DNA from: Verrucomicrobiota bacterium
GTDB taxonomy: Bacteria; Verrucomicrobiota; Verrucomicrobiia; Limisphaerales; CANJSG01
NCBI GenBank assembly: GCA_038209745.1
Contig: JBBQXJ010000093.1
Coordinates: 1 to 17,710 of the forward strand
Length of the DNA: 17,710 nt
Reading direction: 5' to 3'
Below are positions 1-10,741 of the stretch, piece after piece. The notes under the pieces were generated by a model. That model ran no database searches and was not told the DNA's origin. It was given only the letters and a program-made list of their open reading frames with translations. Position 1 is the stretch's first letter, and every line of letters starts with the position of its first letter. The translations under genes and the position numbers were made by a program.

Positions 1-2
1 TT

Positions 3-704
3 GTGCGCGGCCCCAATCCCGACCATCCCTGGGTCAGCCCGACCCTCACATTCGAATCGTCGGACCCGGCGTGGAAAAACGCCAGGAACCGCTACGTGAG
101 CTTCACCGACGCCACCGGCAACCACGGTAATCCCCTGTCGCCCACGGAACCCGCGTGGAAACTCCAGATCGATGTCCATCGCCCGAACAACAACGACTTG
201 CTTCCAGACGAAAAGCTGGGGCTTACCCATCTCGCCGTCCAAGGCCCCGGCCAGTTCCTTCCGCTCGATGCGAAGGCGGAAAAGAACGGGGTGCAACTTT
301 TTGTCCACGGCTTGGCCGGACCCGGCGCGCTGGTGTTCACCAACGGCGCCCATCGCACCATGGAGCCGCCCACCTCGTCGAACGCCGATTGGCGGACCAC
401 GTCGAGGGGATCATCCACGAACCAGGAAGAATCCTTCGGCAGCCGCAAGGCGTTCTTTCTGATCGAAGCGACCGGCACCCAGGAAGGCGACGACCTCCGA
501 ATGATCCTGCGGGACGATGCTGGAACCGAGATCCCCTTCGACAATTCACACGGCTACAACATCCGGAACGGCACCCAATATCACACCAAGGATTTCACCC
601 CGCCGCCGGGCGTCACCAACGTGTCGCTGGAGATCAGCGTCAGCCGTCCGTTGAAGTTCGAATTTCCGTTCGATCCGAGGGAGATTCGGGCCTGCGATCC
701 CTGA
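3..704 (+). CDS. Hypothetical protein, 5'-truncated by window edge; paralog of downstream gene
   Basis: Open frame from the window start to TGA at 702-704. Aligns by eye with the C-terminal half of 711..2006 (FESSDPAW/VESSDPRW; TDATGNHG/SDASGNWG; LEISVSRPLKFEFPFDPREI/VEINVSVPLVFDFLVDPKEL). Confidence 0.8.
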   Translation: MRGPNPDHPWVSPTLTFESSDPAWKNARNRYVSFTDATGNHGNPLSPTEPAWKLQIDVHRPNNNDLLPDEKLGLTHLAVQGPGQFLPLDAKAEKNGVQLFVHGLAGPGALVFTNGAHRTMEPPTSSNADWRTTSRGSSTNQEESFGSRKAFFLIEATGTQEGDDLRMILRDDAGTEIPFDNSHGYNIRNGTQYHTKDFTPPPGVTNVSLEISVSRPLKFEFPFDPREIRACDP

Positions 705-710
705 CCCCAT

Positions 711-2006
711 GTGCATCATCCAAAGCGAATCTTGATCGCCGCCACCTTGGTTGTGCTGCTGCTGGGTGCGGGCGTCGTTTGGCGCATCACCCCCCAGACG
801 CACACAGCCACCTTGGCCGATGGAACGGTGGTCGAATATTTGGGGATCACGGATGGAACGAAGCCGTTTTCGGCCTCGCCGTCCTGGCAACAATTCGCCC
901 GCAGGATCCTGCCCAAACCGCTTCAGGGCTGGCTTCAACCGGACGTGGGAGTTCCATTCGGCTTCGGCGTGCCGACGATCTACCTCAAAGCCACCGGGCC
1001 TTCGGCGGGATCCGGCATGATCCCCCATCCGTTCGACGTTCGAGTCTTAGCCGACAACGGTGTCCGCTATGAGGAGGACATGATGATTCCGGCTCCAAAC
1101 TACGGAATCAAATGCTGCTTGCTCCGTAGCTATCCCCGACGCCAGGAGCAGTTCAAGGTCGAGATCGTGGACCAGTCCCCGGAACCGCTGACCTCGTTCT
1201 TCGTGGATAATCCGCTGCCTCCGTCTTCGGCGGTCTGGCGACCCGAGCCTTTTCCCCAAAGGCGAACCAACGGCCCGGTCGTGCTGACCTTTCTCGGCCT
1301 GGCCGCGACCAACATCGCCCCCGGCAATCCGCTGCTTCCCCATTGGAAGGTGGAGTCGTCCGATCCCCGCTGGGGCGATGCGGCACCGGGACAGATGTGG
1401 GTGAGCGACGCGAGCGGCAATTGGGGCAGGACCTTGGATCCGGCGGAGACGGCCTGGGGTTTGAGAACCACGCTTCAGCGAACCGGACGCCACCAATTCA
1501 CCGCGCGGGAAACGGTCGTTCTGACCAACTTGCCGATTCCGAAAGCCAACGGCTTTCTGCCGATCCAAGCCGATGGATCGGCGGCTGGAGTGGGCCACAT
1601 CCAGGGCTTTCTGGGAGGAGCCGGTCGTCTTACCTATGCCGAGGCAACCAATTCCATTCGGATCAACACCCAGCATGAGCAGATGTTGCAACCGAGCTAC
1701 CCGAACCGGAAAGATTGGAACAGCGAGTCCCCCTATCTGCGAATCGACGTATCGGGACTTTCCAATCGCCAGGCTCTTCTTGTGATCACGGTGCATGACG
1801 ACCAAAACCGCGAAGTGAGGGTGGATCCTTCGGCCAAACATATCGAATTTCCAGGCGAGAGCTTCGGCAACTGGCCCCTGGAACTTCAACCCGACGCCAA
1901 ATCGATCACGGTCGAGATCAACGTCAGCGTTCCGCTGGTGTTCGACTTCCTGGTGGATCCGAAGGAGCTGATGACCCGGCCCTGGAGGCAGGATCGCGTT
2001 CATTGA
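711..2006 (+). CDS. Hypothetical exported or membrane-anchored protein (431 aa)
   Basis: GTG start 6 nt after the previous stop. Basic then hydrophobic N-terminus (KRILIAATLVVLLLGAGVVW). Paralogous to upstream ORF; no family recognised. Confidence 0.8.
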   Translation: MHHPKRILIAATLVVLLLGAGVVWRITPQTHTATLADGTVVEYLGITDGTKPFSASPSWQQFARRILPKPLQGWLQPDVGVPFGFGVPTIYLKATGPSAGSGMIPHPFDVRVLADNGVRYEEDMMIPAPNYGIKCCLLRSYPRRQEQFKVEIVDQSPEPLTSFFVDNPLPPSSAVWRPEPFPQRRTNGPVVLTFLGLAATNIAPGNPLLPHWKVESSDPRWGDAAPGQMWVSDASGNWGRTLDPAETAWGLRTTLQRTGRHQFTARETVVLTNLPIPKANGFLPIQADGSAAGVGHIQGFLGGAGRLTYAEATNSIRINTQHEQMLQPSYPNRKDWNSESPYLRIDVSGLSNRQALLVITVHDDQNREVRVDPSAKHIEFPGESFGNWPLELQPDAKSITVEINVSVPLVFDFLVDPKELMTRPWRQDRVH

Positions 2007-2035
2007 ACCGGCGTCCTTCTTCCGGCGCATCCGCA

Positions 2036-2084
2036 GGCCAGGTGTAAAAATCTCCGTTCCGGTGACGCAATTTTACCCGTAGTC
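2036..2084 (+). promoter_or_regulatory. Putative regulatory motif, copy 1 (AAAAATCTCC-N7-TGACGCAATTT)
   Basis: Intergenic, upstream of the pectate lyase. 36/49 ungapped identity with 11699..11747. Confidence 0.55.
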
Positions 2085-2162
2085 GGGGGGCCGGGTTGTG
2101 CGTCAAGTTCCACGGATCTACCCCGGACCGATGGTCTGTTTCATCGGCGACCGGGCAGTCCC

Positions 2163-3278
2163 ATGCCGACGAACGCCCCGACATCGAATGCTCCACGCTC
2201 TTTCCGGGCTTCCGGAACGGGCCTCTTGTCGATGCGTCGGGGCGTCGCCGTGGGGTTGGTTCTCGGCTCGTTGTCTGGGCCGTTGGCGGTTTCAACGGCC
2301 GAAAGATCGACCGATAGGCAATGGACCGTTGGCCGCGCGTTTCTTCAGCCGGTCGCGTGGTTCCAGTCCGAGGAGGGCAGGCGGGTTCTCGACATCGTCC
2401 TGACCAACCAGTCGCCCGCCGGATCGTGGCTGAAGAACGTCAACTCCGCCGCCGGGCCGCTGGCCAGTTCGCCCGACGAACTCCACGGCACCTTCGACAA
2501 TGGCGCCACCACCGGCGAACTCCGCCTCCTCGCCAAGGCCTTCAACGCCGCGCCGGAGCCCCGTTATCAGGGCGCTTTCGTGAAGGGATTGGACGCCATC
2601 CTCGCCGGCCAGTATCCGGCGGGCGGTTGGCCCCAGTATTTCCCAACCCCGACGAATTCCTACCACCGCTACATCACCTACAACGACTCCGCCATGCAGC
2701 GCCTGTTGGAGCTGCTGCGCGAGGTGGATCAGGATCCCCGCTATAGCTTCGTTCCCGAAGCGGACCGCGCCAAAGCCCGCACCGCCTTCCAGCGGGGGAT
2801 CGACTGCATCGTGAAATCGCAGTTCAAGGTCGACGGCCAGCTCACGGTTTGGTGCGCCCAGCACGACCCGGTCACGCTGGAGCCGCGCCCGGCCCGGAAA
2901 TTTGAGCTCGTCTCGCTCAGCGGGGCAGAGAGCGCGGGTCTTCTCGGCCTGCTCATGAGTTTGGACCACCCCTCGCCGGAAGTCGTCCGCGCGGTCCCCG
3001 CCGGAGCCAAGTGGTTCGAGAAGTCGAAGCTGACCGGCAGCCGCCAGACCCGGGTCAACGGCGACAAGAAGATCGTCGAGGACCTGGACGCGGAGCCGCT
3101 CTGGGCCCGGTTCTACGAGACCGGGACGAACCGTCCGTTTTTCTGCGGCCGCGACGGCGTGATGAAGTTCGACATCGCCGAGATCGAGGCCGAACGCCGC
3201 AATGGCTACGCTTGGTATGGATCTTGGGACGATACCGTCGCCCGCAGATACGCCGTTTGGCGGAAAGATTTTCCATGA
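2163..3278 (+). CDS. pelA: Pectate lyase, polysaccharide lyase family PL10 (PelA/Pel-15E type)
   Basis: PL10 motifs GTFDNGAT, QYPAGGWPQYFP, YITYNDSAM, WCAQHD, PARKFEL, LWARFYE, FCGRDG, ERRNGYAWYG. Signal-like N-terminus. Alternative start ATG at 2232. Confidence 0.92.
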   Translation: MPTNAPTSNAPRSFRASGTGLLSMRRGVAVGLVLGSLSGPLAVSTAERSTDRQWTVGRAFLQPVAWFQSEEGRRVLDIVLTNQSPAGSWLKNVNSAAGPLASSPDELHGTFDNGATTGELRLLAKAFNAAPEPRYQGAFVKGLDAILAGQYPAGGWPQYFPTPTNSYHRYITYNDSAMQRLLELLREVDQDPRYSFVPEADRAKARTAFQRGIDCIVKSQFKVDGQLTVWCAQHDPVTLEPRPARKFELVSLSGAESAGLLGLLMSLDHPSPEVVRAVPAGAKWFEKSKLTGSRQTRVNGDKKIVEDLDAEPLWARFYETGTNRPFFCGRDGVMKFDIAEIEAERRNGYAWYGSWDDTVARRYAVWRKDFP

Positions 3279-3337
3279 TCGAATCCGGCTCCATCGTGAG
3301 CCCATCCGCCGAACGTCCACTTAACCCAACCCACACC

Positions 3338-6102
<2,765 letters not shown>

Positions 6103-6177
6103 ACGTGCCTCAAGCGAACCGCGAAAATCTCATAAAACCAATTCACCGTGTTGCAGAAGACTGATGCTGTATCTCCC

Positions 6178-8853
6178 ATGAAAAGACTTAAGCGTGCCCT
6201 GATTCTCGTGACGGGAGGCTTGGTGGCCTTCAATACCATCGCCGCGGAGGCGCCGGACCGTCCTTTGCATGTCCTTTATCTCGGCTCGGTCGACGCGCAG
6301 GGGCAGAGGGGCCAAGGCGGCGGCTCCCGGACCAACTACGTCTACCTGCCCGGACAGACCATGGCGCCCGAGGAGATCTACTTCGACCACTGCACCGACA
6401 TCGGAGGGCTGACGGCCACGTATCTGAAGCACTTCGACGCGGTGGTGCAGGTCATGCCCGACGCCGAGGTCGGTGCGGCCCAGAAGAAGCTGCTCGACGG
6501 CTTCAAGGGTGCGGGCAACGGGTTGATCAAATACGCCGAGCGCCCGACGGATACGGTCCTGCGCGAGGCCGTTCTCAGTGCTGTCAGCCCGAAGGCCAAG
6601 GCCGATTGGGAAGCCTCGCTCGCCTCGCGCCCTCCCTTGCAGCGCTTGCCAGGCGAGGTGCCGAACTATGAACGCCGTGTCGAAGCGGTGAAGTTCCAGG
6701 GCCCGCTCGATCCGAAAGACAGCATCCGCTACACTCAGGTTCCGGCGGATTTCGACCTCCAGCTCTTCGCGGCGGAGCCCGATGTGGTCAAGCCGATGTA
6801 CATCGCATGGGACGAGCGCGGACGCGCCTGGGTGGTCGAAGCGCGGGATTATCCCCACGGTCTGGTCGACGAAGGCCAGCCGGGCAAGGCCGACATCAAG
6901 ATCTGCGAAGACACGGACGGCGACGGCAAGGCGGACAAGTTCACCGTCTTCGCGGACGGGTTGAACCTGGCGACCTCCTTGGTGTTCGCGAACGGCGGCA
7001 TCATCGTCTCGGAAGCGCGCCACATGCTCTTCCTCAAGGACACCCACGGCGACGACAAGGCCGACGTCCGCGAGGCCATTCTGCCCGGCTGGGGCACCGG
7101 AGATACCCACGCGATGCAGAGCAATCTCGGGCGCGGCTTCGACAACTGGCTCTACGGCGCGGTGGGCTACTCGAACTTCCGGGGCAAGGTCGGCGATGAG
7201 GATCTCCAGTTCGGCCAGGGCGTCTACCGCTTCAAGGCCGACGGCTCCGCGTTGCAGTTCCTCCACCAGTTCAACAACAACACCTGGGGCTTCGGACAGA
7301 ACGCCTCCGGCGATGTCTTCGGTTCGACGGCCAACGGCCATCCGACCTTCTACGGGTATCTCCCCGCCTATATCCTGAACCCCACCCAACCAGGCGGCGG
7401 ACGAGGTGGACGCGGTGCCCCGGTAGGTGGCGGCGGATTTCGCCCTGGCTTCCGTATCGGCCCTCCCGGTGTGAACGACGTTCCCCCGGAAAATGTTCGT
7501 CGACTGCCGTCCGCGAAGTCGATGTCTCCGGGCCTGCGGATGCATCCCAACACGCCGAACGTCCGCATGGTGGACAACTTCGGCGGCTACACGGCCGCTG
7601 CTGGCCACGCCTTCATGGTCAGCGACGCGTTGCCGGCCCGTCTTCAGGGCAAGGCGCTGGTGTGCGAGCCGACCGCAAAGCTCATCGGCATCATGGACAT
7701 TGAACCGGACGGCGGCGGCTACCAGGCCAGCGACGGTTTCAACCTCCTCGCCAGCACCGACGAATGGATGTCTCCCATCTTCGCCGATGTCGGTCCCGAC
7801 GGAGCCGTCTGGGTGATCGACTTCTACAGCTTCATCATCCAGCACAACCCGACGCCGAACGTCCAAGGCGCCGGCATCCAGGCCACGACCGGAAAAGGCG
7901 GAGCCTACATGACCGCGAACAACCTTCGTGACCAGTCCCACGGCCGCATCTACCGCGTCGTCTGGAAAGATGGTCCCAAGAGTTCCATCAAGTCCCTCGC
8001 CAATGCGAAGTCTCCCGGACTCGTCGCCGCGCTCGACAGCGGCAACCAGTTCTGGAGCCTCACCGCCCAGCGCCTGCTCGTGGACCACGCGATGGCGGAT
8101 GCCGCCCCCGCCCTGAGGAAGCGCGTCGTGTCCGGCAAAGGCGGAACCGGCGCGATCCACGCCCTCTGGTCCCTCGCAGGCCTCGGCTCCCTCGACAAGG
8201 ACACCCACCAGAAAGCCCTGTTGGACAGAGACCCCGCCGTTCGCCGCAACGCGATCCGGGCCCTTCCCGGGGACGAGGCCGGACGCCAGCTCTTCTTCAG
8301 CAGCCCCGTGATCCAGGATCCCGATCTCATCACCCGGCAGGCGGCCTTCGTGAAGCTCGCCGAGTTCCCGGCCCTTCCCGCGATCGAGACGGTCGTCGCC
8401 CAGCTCCAGCGGACGCCGGTGAACACGAGCGACGCGTTCTTGAACGACTCGCTCACCCTCCTCGGACGCATCCACAAAGTCACGGGCGTGGGCCAGAACG
8501 AGGTGAGGATCGCGGCCGGCGACGCCAAGCGCGGCGAGGACCTTTTCTTCAACAGCCCAACGGCCGCCTGCGCCGCCTGCCACACGGTCGGCGGCAAGGG
8601 AGGCGACGTGGGCCCGATCCTCGATGGCATCGCCGTCCGGGCCGACAAGGCCTACATCCTCGAAAGCCTGGTGGATCCGAACGCCAAAAAGGCCAAGGGA
8701 TTCGAGGATCTGGAAATCTCGCCCATGCCTCCCCTCGGCATCCTGCTGAAGGAGCAGGAAGTCGCGGACATCCTGGAGTATCTCGCCACGCTCACCACGC
8801 CTCCAAAAGACGGGGTGACGGTTCCGGTCAAGAAGCCCAACGCATTCGAATGA
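6178..8853 (+). CDS. PVC-type heme-binding CxxCH protein (dehydrogenase-like beta-propeller, short helical region, c-type cytochrome) with a shortened ThuA-like N-terminal domain
   Basis: ATG 6178 with signal peptide. Propeller motifs FAAEPDVVKP..WDERGRAWV, EDTDGDGKADKFTVFA, NNNTWG, VGPDGAVW.IDFY, HGRIYR. CAACH at 8569-8583, followed by GP.LDGI and distal Met in SPMPP. Confidence 0.9.
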   Translation: MKRLKRALILVTGGLVAFNTIAAEAPDRPLHVLYLGSVDAQGQRGQGGGSRTNYVYLPGQTMAPEEIYFDHCTDIGGLTATYLKHFDAVVQVMPDAEVGAAQKKLLDGFKGAGNGLIKYAERPTDTVLREAVLSAVSPKAKADWEASLASRPPLQRLPGEVPNYERRVEAVKFQGPLDPKDSIRYTQVPADFDLQLFAAEPDVVKPMYIAWDERGRAWVVEARDYPHGLVDEGQPGKADIKICEDTDGDGKADKFTVFADGLNLATSLVFANGGIIVSEARHMLFLKDTHGDDKADVREAILPGWGTGDTHAMQSNLGRGFDNWLYGAVGYSNFRGKVGDEDLQFGQGVYRFKADGSALQFLHQFNNNTWGFGQNASGDVFGSTANGHPTFYGYLPAYILNPTQPGGGRGGRGAPVGGGGFRPGFRIGPPGVNDVPPENVRRLPSAKSMSPGLRMHPNTPNVRMVDNFGGYTAAAGHAFMVSDALPARLQGKALVCEPTAKLIGIMDIEPDGGGYQASDGFNLLASTDEWMSPIFADVGPDGAVWVIDFYSFIIQHNPTPNVQGAGIQATTGKGGAYMTANNLRDQSHGRIYRVVWKDGPKSSIKSLANAKSPGLVAALDSGNQFWSLTAQRLLVDHAMADAAPALRKRVVSGKGGTGAIHALWSLAGLGSLDKDTHQKALLDRDPAVRRNAIRALPGDEAGRQLFFSSPVIQDPDLITRQAAFVKLAEFPALPAIETVVAQLQRTPVNTSDAFLNDSLTLLGRIHKVTGVGQNEVRIAAGDAKRGEDLFFNSPTAACAACHTVGGKGGDVGPILDGIAVRADKAYILESLVDPNAKKAKGFEDLEISPMPPLGILLKEQEVADILEYLATLTTPPKDGVTVPVKKPNAFE

Positions 8854-9470
8854 ACATGAAGAAGCTAGTCTCCACCATTGGGTTGGCTGTCCTTGCTGGA
8901 CTGTCGATCCCAACCGCCCATGCGGCCGACACCTCGAGCCTCGACTCGTCGGGATACGTCCGGGACTGGGTCATGCTCGCCCCGATCGCCCTCCCCGAAG
9001 GGGGTTCCCTTCCTGATCTGCTCCTGAAGGATCAGGTCAAGAACGAGGCCTCCCTCAAACCCAAAGAGGGCGATCAGGTCAAAATCGGCAACAAGGAACT
9101 GACTTGGAGAAACGTCACCACGCCGACCAATTACTTTGATTTCAACGTCATCCTGAAATCCCAGAACGATCAGGCAGCCGGTTACATGGTCGCCTACCTC
9201 GAGTGCGAACAGGATATTCCCGACGTGACGATGGCGGTGGGCAGCAACGACCAGGCCCGCATCTACTTCAACGGGGTGGACATCTACGCGTTCACCGAAG
9301 CACGCATCCTCGAACTCGACGGCGACAAAGGGCGGGTCACCCTGAAGAAGGGCATCAACGTCGTCGTGTTCAAAGTTTTCAACCTCCAGAACAGCTGGCA
9401 GGGCGCGATGCGTTTGACGGACAAGGCCGGTGCTCCGTTGACGGGCGTGAAGATCAGGTTGACGCCTTGA
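8850..9470 (+). CDS. Small secreted beta-sandwich protein (PA14/galactose-binding-like), function unknown
   Basis: ATGA overlap with the upstream stop (alternative ATG 8856). Signal peptide ending AHA. Pattern DWVMLAP..GSNDQARIYFNG..VTLKKGINVVVFKV resembles accessory sugar-binding-like domains in PVC proteins. Confidence 0.8.
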   Translation: MNMKKLVSTIGLAVLAGLSIPTAHAADTSSLDSSGYVRDWVMLAPIALPEGGSLPDLLLKDQVKNEASLKPKEGDQVKIGNKELTWRNVTTPTNYFDFNVILKSQNDQAAGYMVAYLECEQDIPDVTMAVGSNDQARIYFNGVDIYAFTEARILELDGDKGRVTLKKGINVVVFKVFNLQNSWQGAMRLTDKAGAPLTGVKIRLTP

Positions 9471-9548
9471 GGCCATGTAAGACGCGACGAACCGGACGCC
9501 AGACATTCCGGCGTCGAATCGAGCGAAGAACACCGTTCCAAGACGACG

Positions 9549-10738
9549 GTGAAAAGCCCCAACTCAAACCGCCACCCAAGAGCCGGCTTGCTCACGGCAA
9601 TGCTGCTGGCGTTCGGCTCAACGGCTCGGCCAGCAGATGCAGCCATTACCTGAAGGAGGCCTTCAAGGAGCAGTTCCTGGTAGCTGCGGCACTGAATCGC
9701 AGCCAAGCAACTCAAACCGGCGGTGGTCGCCGAAGTCTGGAGCCGATCGACGAGGACGTCGCTCTCGTCAAACAACAGTTCAACCAAACATCCCCGGAGA
9801 ACGACCTGAAGTGGCAGATGATCCATCCGCGTGAAGGTGCGGCCGGCTATGATTTCACTGCGTCAGACGCCTTCGTTAACTTCGGCCTGAGCAATCGAAT
9901 GTCGATCGTCGGGCACACGCTCGTTTGGCATCGCCAGACGTCCAACTGGGTTTTTGCGGGCACGAACCCTCCTCCCGCGAGCGCCACCGATGCTGCGACC
10001 GCGCCTGCTCCTGCCGCCAACACGAATGGGCCGGGAACCAACGCTCCTGGCCGCGGGAGGTTTGGACCCGGCTTTGGCGGCGGCTTCGGTCGCTTCAACA
10101 GCCCACGCGCGTCCCGCGAAGAACTGCTCCAGCGGATGCGTGATCACATCCACGCCGTCGTCGGCCGCCACAAGGGCAAGATCAAGACTTGGGACGTCGT
10201 CAACGAAGCCATCACCGACGGCAACGGGACCAATGTCCTGCGGACCTCGCTCTGGCTGGAGATCATCGGCCCGGACTTCATCGCCAAGGCCTTCGAATAC
10301 GCCCACGAGGCGGACCCGGACGCGATCCTTCGCTACAACGACTATGGGTTGGAGAACCCGGTGAAGCGCCGCAAACTCATCTCTTTGGTCAAGTCGTTGC
10401 AGGCTCAAAAGGTGCCCATCCAGGCCATCGGCTCGCAGGCGCACATCAACGTCTCCACCCCCTTTGAGACGATGGACCAGACGCTCGCCGAGATGAAAAT
10501 CCTCGGCCTGCCGATCCACATCACGGAGCGGGACGTGAGCAGCGCGCAGAGCCGCCAGCGCAACTTTGGCGCGGATGTCGTCCGCAACGCCGCCGCCACC
10601 CAGGGCGGCCTCGTGAACGACGCCTTCTCCTGGCGCCGCAACGGCCAGCCACTGTTGTTCGACGGCGACAACCGGCCCAAGCCGGCCTTCGACGCCGTAA
10701 TTTGCGCGGCCACCTCCCAACCGTCCCAGATCCAGTAG
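9549..10738 (+). pseudogene. GH10 endo-1,4-beta-xylanase pseudogene (frameshift after signal peptide plus C-terminal in-frame deletion)
   Basis: GH10 motifs PENDLKW, GHTLVWH, WDVVNEA (acid/base Glu 10205), YNDY, IGSQAH, ITE (nucleophile Glu 10526), PLLFD..KPAF. The signal peptide from GTG 9549 is in another frame and stops at TGA 9651. The helix plus 'VTFWG' strand expected before SWR is absent. Confidence 0.85.
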
Positions 10739-10741
10739 GTC

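Noticed and set aside
2063..2105. TGACGCA...TGCGTCA inverted pair as an RNA hairpin or dyad operator
   Set aside because: Not reproduced at the second motif copy (11726 onward); a 7-bp match could be chance.
3011..3337. Long N-terminal extension of the first CE1 ORF (also 4405-4509 for the second)
   Set aside because: Overlap upstream genes; downstream ATGs give clean signal peptides. ATG 3275 (ATGA overlap) cannot be fully excluded.
6120..6146. Possible third copy of the shared upstream motif (GAAAATCTC...CAATTC)
   Set aside because: Only a partial match, with wrong spacing and no TGACG block.
6895..6957. Near-identical 63-bp stretch shared with 12423-12485
   Set aside because: Explained by the conserved IKICEDTDGDGxADKFTVFAD motif in the two paralogs plus codon bias; not an independent repeat.
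6130..8913. 927-aa minus-strand ORF, and similar ones at 2292-3320, 4474-6087, 12099-14153 and 15797-16804
   Set aside because: Antisense shadows of well-supported + strand genes, expected with high GC at third codon positions; no recognisable motifs.
9203..9548. N-terminal extension of the 511-aa ORF
   Set aside because: Overlaps the 8850..9470 gene in another frame; the real GH10 start is better explained by GTG 9549 plus a frameshift.
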